A stretch of DNA of 64,000 bases from Felis catus. Lineage: Eukaryota. Position numbers and translations under genes: made by a program. How positions within the stretch are numbered: position 1 is the first letter of the stretch; each line of letters opens with the position of its first letter. The notes below the pieces were generated by a model, which saw only the letters and a program-made list of their open reading frames with translations, was not told the origin of the DNA and did no database searches. The DNA is taken from NCBI RefSeq assembly GCF_018350175.1, contig NC_058368.1, positions 84,880,001 to 84,944,000 of the forward strand. The letters are read 5' to 3'. This document shows, piece by piece, positions 50,557 to 64,000 of this stretch.

Positions 50557-50819
50557 ACTAGTCAACTTTTTAAAATCATGTTGGATTGCATGATGATTAT
50601 CTACTTTGATTTATGTTGAAATATTAATGTATTATATAGGTTATAATTTTTAATGGATTCTATTTTTAATGATTTCATATCAATGTGCCAAACCAGCCAA
50701 AATTGTGAGTTGGGAAAATGTAGAAGGATGCTATACAGATCCACTGTGTCAATACATATTTTGTTGATTAGAGAAAATAAGTCATGAGCTTTACTTTTTT
50801 GAATACTAGTTATGCCATG

Positions 50820-51020
50820 CAGTTTACTCAGCTCTTCACATACTGTACTGTGTTCAATCCTAATGCTAACCCTCAGAGATGGGTGCCCTTGCTACATCCA
50901 GTTTACAGATTTCAGATTCAAAGTATAGAAATATTAACTCTTTGCACAAGACTTCTGAGTATACAGCTCATGGGACTGAAATTTTAACCCAATTCTATTG
51001 GGCTCTGGAGTCCATGATTT
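50820..51020 (-). mobile_element. MIR relic
   Basis: ttcaatcct...aaccctcagagatggg...tttacagat...gggactgaaattttaacccaatt...ctctggagtccatgattttaatcac. Confidence 0.55.
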
Positions 51021-51679
51021 TAATCACCATCATTAATATAAGATTTTATATCCAGGATAGATTTAATTGTCTCTATTATCTAACTTATGAGGACAAATTG
51101 TCCTAGAGATAAAAAAATAAAATAAATCTAAATACCATTAAACAAAAACTCTTATACAGAACATGAATGACATGGGTATTGTGCATAACCACCTATAGAG
51201 CTATGCTCTTGTCTCTACGTTTTCAATATAATTTGACCACCTGCTTTGCCCATCAGAGTTAATACACAAAACATAATACAAACATATATTTAATAGCCCA
51301 CGTCTGTCATCACTAATACAAATTACCTGTTACAGTATTAATATGAGTTTTCCAGAAATACAGGAAAACTGTAGACAAGTCTTCTCGTATCTTATGCCAG
51401 AGTAAGTATTAAAGTAAGCTACCTCACAATTTCCATCACTCTCTTTTGTGATTACCACATGGACTCCCAGGTTTCTTCAGTGCTGCACACTGGGTGAGAA
51501 GCATTTGGTTCTCTTTTCATGTGTCAGAACTAAGACTAAGACTTGATTGAGGGTGTGGGTAGATAGAGATGCATTTTATCTTCTCAGGTCAGGTTGCCTC
51601 AAATTCTGTAGTTAACAGGAGGAGTGACTATAAGTTAAGAGCTCTTGTCAGAAACAGGTCATATATGACATAATCCAGA

Positions 51680-51760
51680 TCCTTTGCTAATTGAAGACCT
51701 CAAGAGGGAATATCCTGGAAACATCCTGTCCCCAGACTTTAATTGCATAAAATTGTATCA
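51680..51760. promoter_or_regulatory. Candidate OR promoter: two homeodomain sites with O/E-like sites between them
   Basis: TAATTG at 51688 and 51740, flanking cctcaagaggga and tccccagac. Lies ~3.8 kb upstream of the intact OR in non-repeat DNA. Confidence 0.4.
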
Positions 51761-52509
51761 TCCCGTTTGAATCTTAACAATTACACTCTGAAGAAAAATA
51801 GCCACCATTCACAAGATGACTTTCTAACTTAGGCCACCACAAATCTCTCAAATATTTTAACTTAGCTCTGCCTCTCCTCTAAGTCATCCCTGGACTCATC
51901 ACTGCAGCAAAATACAGAGAGAGGCTGGAGCAGGGTATTTTCTGAAAGCTGAATGTACAATGTATTTAACAAAAAACTTTTCAAACCAAACAATGGAGAC
52001 TAAGGGCTAATGGAAATTATAAGGGAAATGTACAGCTCAATGAGGTATTTCTAGGCCCTGTCCTCATTTTAACTTATATTCTGTAGTCTAGGCTACATAT
52101 ATCTAAATGGATTGTTATCTGAATATTTACTATATTAACGATTGAGTTGATGATACTAAGGTTCAATGTTAAAACTCTATTTAAGCCAATTCACTTTACT
52201 GTGTATATGAAGGCTTCACAGATTATGCCCTTATTTCATGATCTTTATCCAGTCCTCATCAAGGTTCAGGGAAACGTACATTCTCATAAACCACTGGTAG
52301 GAGTCCAAATTGTTAAAAACTTTTAAGAATGTGACCTGAAAACAGCTGTTATATCACATTAACCCTTAAAACTATTCTTTATAAACAAAGGCACCAAAAT
52401 ATGCAATATATATTTAACATGTTTTGTGTAATTACCATTATCCATGGAAAGAAAAAAAATTGGAAATGATATGAGCATTCATACACACACATTCATATAT
52501 TTTACATTA

Positions 52510-55500
52510 TTTATTTGATTTATTTGTTTTTGTTTTAACTTTGTAATGTTTTATTTAAATTTAAGGTAGTTTAACATTTATAATTTAGTGATTCATCACT
52601 TACATATAATACCTAGTGCTTATCACAAGAAGTGACATCCTTAATATCCATCACCCACTTAGCCCAACTCCCCCACACTCCAGCAGCCTGCGGTTTCTTC
52701 ATTGCAGTTAAGAGTCTCTTACAGTTTGCCTTCTTCTCTGTTTTTATCTTATTTTAATTTTACTACTATTCCCTGATATTCTTTTTTCTTTTTTTTTTTT
52801 TTGCCAAATTCCACATATGAGTAAAATCATATGGTATTTGTCTTTCTCTGACTTATTTCACTTAGCATAATATATTCTGGTTCCATCCATGTTGTCACAA
52901 AAGGCAAGATTTCATTCTTCTGGATGGCTGAGTAATATTTCATTGTATATCAATACCACATGTTCTTCATGAATTTATCAGTCAATGGGCATTTGGGCTC
53001 ATTCTATAATTTCACTAGTGTTGATAGTGAAGCTATAAACATCGGGGTGCATGTGCCTCTTTGAATAATTTTTTTATCCCTTGACTAAATGCCTAGTAGT
53101 GCAATTGCTGGGTAATTGGTAGTTTATTTATAACTTTTTGAGAAAACTTCATAGTGTTCAGAATGGCTGCACCAGTTTGCATTCTCACCAACAGTGTAAG
53201 AAAGTTCCCTTTCTCCACATCCTCACCAAAATCTGTTGTTTCATGAGTTGTCAATTTTAGTTTAGTTTTAGAGGTGTAAGTTGTATCTCATTGTGGTTTT
53301 GATTTGTATTTCATGATGATGAGTGATGTTGAGTATTTTTTCATGTTTCTGTTAGCCATTTGTATGTCCTCTTTGGAGAAATGTCTGTTAATATCTTAAT
53401 CCCCTTACTTAACTGGATTATTTACTTTTGGGTGTTGAGTTTGATATGTTGTTTATAATTTTGGATACTAGTCCTTTATCTGACATTGTCATTTGCAAAT
53501 ATCTGCTCGCATTCTGTAGGTTGTCTTTTAATTTTGTTGATTGTTTCCTTCACTTTGCAGAATCTTTTTAACTTGCTAAAGTCCCAATAGTTAATTTTTG
53601 CTTTTGTTTCCCTTGACTTTGGAGACATGTCTAGTAAGAAGTTGCTGCAGCTGAAATCAAAGAGGCAGCTGCCTGTGTTCTCCTCAAGGATTTTGATAGT
53701 TTCTTGCTCACATTTAGGTCATTCATCCATTTTGAATTCATTTTTGTAAATGGTGTAAGAAAGTGGCCCAGTTTCATTCTTCTGCATGTTTCAGTCCATT
53801 TTCTGCAACCCTATTTGTTGAATAGACTGTATTTTTTTCCATTGAGTATTCTTTCCTCCTTTGTTGAAGATTAGTTGACCACATAGTTGTGAATCCACTT
53901 CTGAGTTTTCTATTTTGTTCTCCTGATTTACGTGTCTGTTTTTGTGCTAGTAAAATACTGTTGATAATTATAGCTTTGTAATACACACTGGAGTCAGGAA
54001 CTATGATGCCTCCTGCATTGATTTTATTTTTATTTTATTTTATTTTATTTTATTTTATTTTATTTTATTTTTTTAATGTTTATTTTTGAGAGAAAGGGAG
54101 AGACAGAGCGTGAGCGGGGTAGGAGCAGAGAAAGAAGGAGACACAGAATCCAAAGTAGGCTCCAGGTTCTGAGCTGTCAGCACAGAGCCTGACATGGGGC
54201 TTGAAATCACGGACTGTGAGATCATGACCTGAGCTGAAGTCAGACTTTTAACCAACTGAGCCATTCAGGTGCCCCGTTGCTCATCTTTTTAAATAGTTTT
54301 TCAGGATCTTTTCTGGTTCCTTACAAATTTTAGGATGGCTTGCTATACTTCTGCAGAAAATGTTGATGTCATTCTGGTAGGAATTGCTTTGGGTAATTGA
54401 GATATTTTAACAATATTTGCTCTTCCAATTTGCTCTTCTAATTTGGTTAGGTTTAGTCCAAATGATCTTATGGTTTCTGGTGCAATTGTAAATGGAAATG
54501 ATTCCTTGATTTCTCTTTTTCTTCATTATATGTGTATAGAAATGCAATTGTTTTCTGTACGTTGATTTTATATACTGTCGCTTTACTGCATTCATGTATC
54601 AATTCTAGCAATATTTTGTGGAGTCTTTTGGTTTTCTACATGGAGTATCATGTCATCTACAAATAACGGAAGTTTGAGTTCTTCCTTGTTTATCTGGATG
54701 CCTTTTATTTCTTTTTGTTGTCTGATTGTTGAGGCTAAGTCTTTCAGAACTATTTTAAGTAGTAATGGTGAGCATGGGCCTTCTTGTCTTGGTCCTGACC
54801 ATAAGGGAAAGGCTCAGTTTTCCCCCATTGAAGATGCTATTACATGTGGGTCTTTCATATATGGCCTTTATGATGGAGGCATGTTCCCTTTATCCCTGCT
54901 TTGTTGAGAGTTTGTATCAAGACTGGATGCTGTATTTTGTCAAATGCTTTTTCTGCATCTATTGACAGGATCACATGGTACTTATCCTTTTTTTAAATAA
55001 ATGTGGTGTATCACATTGATTGTTGGCAGGTATTGAACCACCCCAACCCAGAAGTAAATACCACTTGATTGTGAATGAATAATAATTTTAGTGTACTGTT
55101 GAATTCGGTTTGTGAATCCTATTGAGAATTTTTGCATCCAGGTTCATAATTGCTATTGGTTTATAATTCTCCTTTTTAGTGGGGTCTGCATCACAGTTTT
55201 GATTCAAGGAAAGTCTGTCCTCATAGAAGAGTTTGGAAGTTTTCCATCCATGTCTATTTTTTGTAACAGTTTGGAAATAGGCATTAGCTCTTCTTTAAAT
55301 GTCTGGTAGAAATTTGTCCATTTCTTCCAGATTGTCCAGTTTGTTGGCATATAATTGTTCATAGTAGTCTTTATAATTGTTCATATTTCTGTGGTGTTCA
55401 TTGTGATCTCTCCTCTTTTATTCATTATTTTATCTATTTGGGTCTTATTTATTTATTATTTATTTATTTATGAAGTCTGGCTAGGGGTTTATCAATATTG

Positions 55501-56567
55501 TCTATTGTTTCAAACAAAAAACTCTTAGTTTCATTGATCTGTTTTTTTATTCTATATTGTTTATTTTTGCTCAAGTCTTTATCATTTCCTTTCTTATGCT
55601 GGCTTTGGGCTTTATTTGCTGCACCTTTTCTGGCTCCTTTAGGTGTATGGTTAGGCTGTGTATTTGGAAACTTTCTTACTTCTTGAGATAGGCCTGAATT
55701 AAAATGCATTTTATTTTTATGACTCCCTTTGCTGCATCCCAATGAAATTGGACTGCAACGTTTTTATTTTCATTTGTTTCAATTTATTTATTTATTTTTA
55801 AATTTTTTCTTTAATTTCCTGGTTAGCCTAGCCTATGGATTTTCTTTATCTTCAATGTATTTGAGGACTTTCCAATTTTTTCTTGTGGCTCATTTCAAAT
55901 TTCATAGCATTGCGGTCTGAAAATATGCATGATATGATTTCAATCAGTACTTATTAAGTGCTGATTTATGAACCAATATGTGATCTATTCTGGAGAACGT
56001 TTTATGTGCCCTTGAGAAGATGTGTCTTCTGCTACTTTAGGATGATATGTTCTGAATGTATCTGCTAATTCCATCTGGTCCAGTGTGACATTTAGAGCCC
56101 TTGTTTCCTTTTTGATTATCTGCTTAGATGATCTGTCCATTGCTATACATGGAGAATTAAAGTCTTCTACAATATTATTATCAATTAGTTTGTTCATATT
56201 TGTGATTAATTGATTTATATATTTGGGTGGTCTCACATTGAGGTCATAAATATTTACAATTGTTAGCCCTTTTTGATTGATAGACCCCTTATATTATGAT
56301 ATAATTTCACTCAGAGCTGTTTCAATGTTCATGAGCTGCATTAATTTCTGCTAGTCTTAGGAAATCTTTATCACTCCTTCTGTTCTGAATGACAGCCTTT
56401 CTGGATAAAGTATTCTTTTCTGCATATTTGTCTCATTTAGCATGTTGAATATATGATGCCACTCCCTTCTTCCCTGACACATGTCTGTAGACAAGTCTGC
56501 TGCCAAACTTAAACATCTGTCCTTGAAGGTTAAGGACATTTTGTCCCTAGCTGTTTTCAGAATTTTC

Positions 56568-56607
<40 letters not shown>

Positions 56608-57494
56608 ACAAGTTTCACTATGATATGTCTTTGTGTTGACCTGTTTCTGTGAGTATCCTGTTTCAGGGAGTTCTCTGTCCTAGTGGACTTGAAAACCTCT
56701 TTTTCCCCATGATTAGGGAGGTTTTCAGCTATAATTTGTTCAGGTAAACATTCCTATCCTTTTTCCTGTTCTTCTATTTCTGGTACTCATGAAATGGATG
56801 TTATTGGGCTTTATGGAATTACTGAGTTCCCTAAATTTATATTAGTGAATTAATAGTCTTCTTTTCTTTTCTTACAACTTCTTTGTTTTCCATAATTTTG
56901 TCTTCTATATCACTTATTCATTCCTGTCCTTTTTCCATCCTCATTGTGAATACATTCAATTAGTTTTGCATCTCAGTTATAGTAATTTTTATTTTGGCCT
57001 GACTAGTATTTCAGTCTTTCATGTTTGCAGCAAGGGTTTCTCTGTTGTCTTCTATGGTTCTTTCAATCCCAGCTAGTATTCTTAGGACTATTGTCCTAAA
57101 TTATTTTTCAGATATATTGGTGACATATATTTGAATAATTAATTGGCTGTGATTTTTTTCTTGATCTTTATTTTGGGGGGAAATTCCTCTGTCTTGTCAT
57201 TTTTTCTAGGTTTTGTCTTTTGCATGTTATGAAAGCTTATGTTTCCTGATTGTAAGTGTAATGCCATATTGATAAGGGGTCATAAACTATCAAGGGCCTG
57301 GCACTTATGGAAGTGTTTATGGTGTATGCTGTGTGAACTCTGCTGTTGTGTTTTGGCTTCTCTTCCCAGAGGTCATGCATTTATGGAGTTAATCCTTGCT
57401 TGAAGTCTGGAGTGGGAGGACCTTTAACAAGGTGTGCTTTGATTTTTTTTTTTGTAATAAGCCTAATTAAGAAAAAACTAAAACTTTTATCAAA

Positions 57495-57534
<40 letters not shown>

Positions 57535-57660
57535 AAAGTAAAGGAACAGGAGCAAAAAAACAAAAAAAACAAATAAAAAAAATCCTCAACCAACCAAATA
57601 AAAAAACTATATATAAGTCTCATTACAAAGATAAAGAGGAAAAAAAAAGGAATTTGTAAA
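52510..57660 (-). mobile_element. Old carnivore LINE-1 with internal deletions (3'UTR through to part of the 5'UTR)
   Basis: 3'UTR at 52510-52830, ORF2 remnants (YYKAIII; VEDFNSP), ORF1 remnants (RILYPERLSFR) with start near 57200. Confidence 0.9.
54020..54275 (-). mobile_element. Felid SINE with (TTTTA)n tail, inside L1
   Basis: Ends ccattcaggtgcccc. Confidence 0.95.
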
Positions 57661-58256
57661 AAAGAAGGTTGAGGTCAGATTACTTGGAACATCCCAGAAA
57701 TAATCTGCGGAGTGGCAGAAGACTCTCCACAGTTGGAGGAAGACAGCTTGGCAGGTGCAAGGTGCATGGGTGTAAGTTGGGGAGAGAAAAACAGTGGCAC
57801 TAGGGAAGGGAGGGAACACTTTCCATGGAGAGAAAAAAAGGGAGAGAAATAGAAAGGTGTTGAGATAAGGCAACACTAAGCACAAGAAGAAAGCCTATCT
57901 GGACCACGGACTGGGGAGTAAGCCTTACTGAGTATCTCAGTTATTTTTTTTTCAAACAGCTTTTGGAAATCAAACTCTGAGGTCTTGGCAGCATACAACT
58001 TTCTCTAGAGTTGAGCTGTGCGTGCTCTTGGGGAGGAAGGTCCTGTCCTTGGCATGCATAACATGGTGTAGAGATCTCTGAGAATAGTACTCCCTTCCTG
58101 GAGTACTTTTGCAGGAGACTATATTGTCTCGCTAAAGACAAAAAAAAAATCTGCAGTTGCCACCCAAAGTCCTTTCATCAACTGGGGAGATGCTTTACTC
58201 TGGACAAAGGGAGTGAGTGTACACTGTGGTGAGTCTTTTAAGACTTTAGATTCTAA

Positions 58257-58462
58257 GGGTTGCCTGTGTGGCTCAGTTAAGCATCTGACTTTGGTTCATG
58301 TCATGATCTCTCAATTTGTGAGTTCAAGCCCTGCGTTGCGCTGTGTGCTGACAGCTCAGAATCTGGAGCCTACTTCGCATTCTGTGTCTCCCTCTCTCTC
58401 TACCCCTCTCCTTCTCGTATTCTGTCTCTCCCTGTCTCTCAAAAATTAAAAGTTAAAAAAGA
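58257..58462 (+). mobile_element. Felid SINE in the L1 5'UTR
   Basis: gggttgcctgtgtggctcagttaagcatctgact, (CT)n, A tail. Confidence 0.92.
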
Positions 58463-60354
58463 ATAAGTCTTTGTATTTTGAATCCCAGCCATGCACCAAA
58501 GAATAAATTCAGGAGAATTTTGGTGCAGAGTGAGCTGACTGCCCTTGCTATTCTGAGGGCTGCCTGGACAGCAGGAGTTAAGCTTCCCAACTTGGGGATG
58601 AGAGATTGGGTTTGTGCCATTTTGCCTTCAACACTAAAAGGGTAGGATTTCAGAGAGCCGCACAGCGGCCCCCAGTGGAGGCAAGACCTCCTTACACCAA
58701 ACCCTGCTTGACAACTGCTTAATACTGGGGTGTTAGACAGAATGTGGTGATGAGGCTTCTTCCCCTCCAAACCAACACGACAACCATCCCCCAGACACCA
58801 ACAGAGATTTTTTTTCTTTTTTCCTACTCCTTTTATTTTTTTGGAATTAGGCTCATGGTTTCTTATCTGTTTTTGTTTTTCCTTTCTCCCTCTGCCTCTT
58901 TTGGAATCAGGATTTTTAATTTCTTTCTTTTTCCTTATTTTCTATTTTCTTCTACTTTCTTCCCTATTTCTTTATTTTTCTTTGGAGGAGTTTTTTGATT
59001 CTCAGTTCTTTGTTTATTTTTTTTCCCTTTCCTTTTCAATTATTTTAGGATCAGAGTCCCCTTCCTTTTTTTCCAAAGGGTTACTTCAACAAACAAATCA
59101 AAGCACACATATTTAAAGATCCAAACACCCACTACTGCAAGCAAAGAGAAGCTATGCAGAGGTCTGACCACTGGAAAACAGCAGCCAAACACACAGCAGT
59201 GTGCACACAACAACACCAGAAGCACTTCCTAAAGTGGTAGACCCTGGGTAGTGTATGACCCATTTTTAATATTGTATTACACTCAGGTGCAGGACACATA
59301 ATACACCTTTAAAACATGCAAAAGAGAAAAAAAATAGCCAAATGACAAGATGAAGGATTTCTCTCCAAAAATTTCAAGAATAAATCACAGCCAGGACTTG
59401 CTCAAAGCAGATATAAGCAGTATATCTGAACAATAAATTAGAACAACTATCATAATTCTAATAGCTGGGCCTGACACCAGCTGAAAGGACACCAGAAACC
59501 CTTGCTGTAGAATCAGAGACCTAAAATTTAGTCATGATTAATTTAAAAATGCTATAGCTGAGATGCAAAGTAAACTAGATAGTGACAGTGAAGACCGTAG
59601 AAGCAGAGGAGAGAATAGGTTATATAGAAGATAAAATTATAAAAAATAATAAAGCTGAACAAAAAAGAGGGAAAGGAAATTACTAGGTCATAAGGGTACA
59701 ATTAGACAGCTAAGTGATTCCATGAAACAAAACAATATCCATATAATCAGAGTTTTGGAAGAAGAAGAGTGGGGAAAAAAAAGCAGAAGGTTTATTTGAA
59801 CATATAGCTGAGAACTTCCCTAATCTGAGGAAGGAAAACAGGCATCCAAGTGCAAAAAACACAAAGAACTCCCCTCACAATTAGCAGAAACATGTCAACA
59901 ACATGGTATATCATAGTGAAACTTACAAATTACAAAGAAAAAGAGAGTACTGAAAGCAGCTAGGGACATAAGGTCCTTAACATATAAGGGTAGACACATA
60001 AGTTTAGCAGCAGACTTTTCCACTGAAACTTGACAGGCCAAAAGGGAGTGGCAGGAATTATTCAATATGTTGAATAGAAATATGAAGCCAAGAATCCTTT
60101 AATCAGTAAGTCTGTCGTTTAAAATAAGAGAGATAAAGACTTTCCCAGAAAACAAAAACTAAAGGAGTTTGTGACAACTAAACCAGCCCTGCAAGAAAAT
60201 TGAAGGGGTATGCTCTGAGAAAAATGAAAGAAAGAAAAAGAAAAGAAAAGAAAAGAAGAAAGACTGAAGCAACAAATACTACAAATGACCAGAGAACATC
60301 ACCAGAATCACCAACTCTATAGGTAACATAATGATACTAAACTTGTATCTTTCA

Positions 60355-60592
60355 TTCTTTTGTTCTTCCTTTCTTTCATTTTTAATCAAAGGCTTTTATT
60401 TATTTTTGAGACAGAGAGAGATAGAACATGAGTGGGGGAGGGGCACAGAGAGAGGGAGACATAGGATCTGAAGAAGGCTCCAAGCTCTGAGCTGTCAGCA
60501 CAGAGCCTGATGTTGGGCTTGAACCCATGAACTGTGAGATCATGATCTGAGCCAAAGTCAGACACTTAACCAACTGAGCCACCCAGGTGCTC
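60355..60592 (-). mobile_element. Felid SINE in L1 ORF2
   Basis: TSD ctaaact(tg/ca)tatctttca at 60337-60354 and 60593-60610. Confidence 0.95.
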
Positions 60593-60827
60593 CTAAACTC
60601 ATATCTTTCAATAATCACTTTAAATATAAAGGGAATAGATGTCCCAATAAAAAGACATAGAATATCAGAATGGATAAAAAATCCAAGATCTATCTATATC
60701 CCACTTATAAGAGACTAATTTTAGACCTAAAGACACCTTCAGTTTGAAAGTGAGGAGATGAAGAACCATCTGTCATGATAATTGAGGTCAAAAGAAAGCC
60801 AGAGTTGTTTTAGTTCTACCAGAAAAA

Positions 60828-61106
60828 TATTTATTTTATTTTATTTTATTTTATTTTATTTTATTTTATTCATTTATTTAAAAAATAATGTTTATTACTG
60901 AGAGAGAGAGGAAGAGAGAGAGAGAGAGAGAGAGAGAAAGTACATGAGCAGGGGAGGGGCAGAGAGAGAGGGAGACAGAATCCCAAGCAGACTCCATACT
61001 ATCAGCATGGAGCCTGATGCAGGCTCGAACTCACAAACCATGATATCATGACCTGAGCTGAAACCAGGAATCAGAAGCTTAACCGACTGAGCCATCCAGG
61101 CACCCC
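60828..61106 (-). mobile_element. Felid SINE with (TTTTA)n tail
   Basis: Ends ccatccaggcacccc. Confidence 0.94.
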
Positions 61107-61175
61107 AAACTAGATTTTAAAACAAAGATTGTAACAAGAGCTAAAGAAGGGCATTATATTAAAATTAAGGGTGTT

Positions 61176-61260
61176 GGGGCACCTGGGTGGCTTAGTGGGT
61201 TAAAGGATCAACTTACACTCTGTCTCCCTATCTCTCAAATATAAATAAATATTTTTAAAA
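61176..61260 (+). mobile_element. Internally deleted SINE (head fused to tail)
   Basis: ggggcacctgggtggcttagtgggttaa is followed directly by ctctgtctccctatctctcaaatataaataaa. Confidence 0.8.
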
Positions 61261-61385
61261 TGTTAAAATGTTAAAATAATTACGATTTAACAATCGTAAA
61301 TATTTATTTTTCTAACTAGAAAGAACCCAAATTCATCATAAACATAAACAAACTCATTGAACATATCATTACTGTAGGATACTTT

Positions 61386-61601
61386 CTTTAAATTTTTTTT
61401 ATGTTTATTTATTTTTGAGACAGAGAGAGACAGAGCATGAACGGGGGAGGGTCAGAGAGAGGGAGACACCGAATCTGAAGCAGGCTCTAGGCTCTGAGCT
61501 GTCAGCACAGAGCCCGACGCAGGGCTCGAACCCATGGACCAGGAGATCATGACCTGAGCCGAAGTCAGATGCTCAACAGACTGAGCCACCCAGGCGCCCC
61601 A
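61386..61601 (-). mobile_element. Felid SINE
   Basis: 15-bp TSD actgtaggatacttt at 61371-61385 and 61602-61616. Confidence 0.97.
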
Positions 61602-63318
61602 ACTGTAGGATACTTTAATACTGCAATTACAATGGACAGAACACCTCAGCATAAAATCAACAAGGAATCAATGGTTTTAAATGACACACTGGACCAGATG
61701 GATTTAACAGATATTTTCATAACATTTCAGCTTAAAGCAGCATAATATACATTCGTTTTAAAAGCACATGGACCATTCTCCAGAATAGATCACATGCTTT
61801 ACATAAATACTCAACAGGTACCAAAATATCAAGAACATATCATGCATATTTTCAAATCACAAGTCTATGAAACCTGAAATGAACCACAAGAAAAAAAAAT
61901 TTGAATGCCTTCAAATAAATGGAGGTAAGGAGCATTCTACTGAAGGATAAATAGGTTAACCAGGAAATTTAAAAAGAAATATAAAAATACATGTAAACTA
62001 TAGAAAATTTATAAAATAAATCGAAGAATACAGAAAAAAATGTAAAAAACATTCCAGGCTCATGAACTGGAACAGGAACTGGAATAACAGATGTTGCTAA
62101 AATCTCAATACTACCCAAAGAAATCTATACATTCAATGCAATCCATATCAAAATAGCAGCAGCATTCTTCAAAGAGCTGGGACACACAATTCTAAAATTT
62201 GTATGAAACCACAAAACACTCGAATAGCTAATGTTGAAAAACAAAGCCAAAGTTTGAGGCATCACAATTCTGGCTTCAAGTTATAGTATAAAGTTGTAAT
62301 TATCAAGACAGTATGATACTGGCACAGAAACAGACACATAATTCAATGGAGCTGAATAGAGAACCCACAAGTGGACTCACAAATGTGTGGTCAAATAATA
62401 TTTGACAATGCAGGAAAGAATATCAAATGGAAAAAAAAAGACAGTATCCTTAGCAAATGCTGCTGGGATAACTGGACAGGGGCATGCAGATGAATGAAGT
62501 TGGACCGCTTTCCTACACCGTAGAAAAAAATAAAAATGGAAGAAAAACCTTAATGTAAAGCATGAGACCTTTAATCCTAGAGGAGAAAATAGGCAACAAC
62601 CTCTCTGACTTCAGCCATAAGACCTTACTAGACATGTCTCTGGAGGCTAGGGAAACAAAAGAAAACATTAAAAATTAGGACCCCATCAATAAAAAAAAAA
62701 AAAAAAAAAAACAACCAAAAACAAAAACAAACAAACAAAAAAAAACCACCTTCTGCATGGTAAAGGAAACAATCAACAAAACCAAAAGGCAAATGACAGA
62801 ATGGGGGAAGATATTTGCAAATGGCATATCAGATAAAGGGTTAGTATCCAAAATCTATCTGGACCTTATCAAATTCAACACCCAAACAAACAAACTACAA
62901 ACAAAAATCTAGGGAAGAAATGATCAAAAGACATAAACAGGCACTTTTCCAAAGAAGACATCCAGATGGCTAACAGACACATGAAAAATGCTCATGATCT
63001 CATATCATCAGAGAAATACAAATCAAAATAACAATAAGATAGCACCTGACACTGGTCAGAGTGCCTAAAATTAACAACTCAAGAATTAGTTTTTAGTGAG
63101 GATGCAGAGAAAGGGGAACACTTCTTTCACTGCTGGTGGGAATGCAAGCTAGTACAGTCCTTTTGGAAAATAATATGGAGGTTGCTAAAAAAAAATTTAA
63201 AAATACCCTATGACCAGCAATTGCCTTACTAGGTGTTTATCCAAAGGATACAAAAATGCTGATTTGAAACTGTACTTGAATGCTGATATTTATAGAATCA
63301 CTAGCAACAATAGCCAAA

Positions 63319-63547
63319 TTATTTATTTTATTTTTAAAAATAATTTTTTAATGTTGATTTTATTTATTTTTGAGAGAGAAAAGAGAGGGAGAGAGAGAGA
63401 GTGAACAAGGAAGGGACAGAATCTGAAGTAGATTCCAGGTTCTGAACTATCAGCATAGTGCCTGATGTGTGTCTCAAAATCATTAATTGTGAGATCATGC
63501 CCTGAGCTGAAGTCAAACATTTAACCAATTCCACCACCTGGGTGTCC
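63319..63547 (-). mobile_element. Felid SINE (diverged)
   Basis: 14-bp TSD caacaatagccaaa at 63305-63318 and 63548-63561. Confidence 0.95.
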
Positions 63548-64000
63548 CAACAATAGCCAAAGTATTCAAAAAACCCCAATGTCCATCAACTGATGAATGG
63601 ATAAGGATGTGGTATCTCCCCCAAACAATACAATGGAATGTTACTTGGTGATAAAAAATAATAAAATCTTGCCAGTACAAAAAATGTGGATGGAACTACA
63701 GTATATTTTACTAAATGAAGTAAGTAAGTGGGAGGAAGTAACTACCATGTGATTTCAGTCGTATGTGAAATTTAAGAAACAAAACAGATGAAGATAGAGG
63801 AAGGGAATTAAAAATAAAAACAGAAGGAGAAAAACAATAAGAAACTCTTCCATACAAAAAAGAAACTGAAGGTTTCTGGAGGGCTGTCAGGTGGGGGGAA
63901 TGGGATAAATCGGTGATGGACATTAAAGAAGACACATTGGTATGAGTAGTGCATGTTTAATGGGAGTGATAAATCACTAAATTCTACTCTGGAAACCATT

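Larger units (their letters stand above)
57665..64000 (+). mobile_element. Old carnivore LINE-1 (5'UTR, ORF1 ~59342-60217, ORF2 lacking the RT core, 3'UTR running off the window)
   Basis: atgacaagatga at 59342, aaccagccctgcaagaaa at ~60181, endonuclease region 60330-61990 joined to the post-RT region, 3'UTR from ~63770. Confidence 0.9.

Overview
AT-rich mammalian DNA from a cat-family animal, judged from SINEC_Fc-type tRNA-derived SINEs. The window is part of an olfactory receptor (OR) cluster. Three closely related OR family-2-like genes lie on the minus strand: one intact (46968-47936, 322 aa) and two pseudogenes (6489-7424, 29799-30793). The rest is mostly retroelements. LINE-1 of several ages covers more than half the window by eye, including one full-length but inactivated copy with a 16-bp target-site duplication (TSD) at 22551-28404. 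There are also about 24 CAN-SINEs, old MaLR/MIR/L2 relics, and a solo LTR with class-II-like ends and an 82-bp internal repeat. I see no convincing new biological system. The best leads are: an ATG-initiated antisense ORF in the L1 5'UTR placed like primate ORF0; a nested 5'-inverted L1 complex; two head-to-head L1 pairs; a ~250-bp direct duplication; a possibly spliced L1 5' end; and a candidate homeodomain plus O/E promoter for the intact OR. Repeat boundaries and subfamily calls are by eye and approximate.
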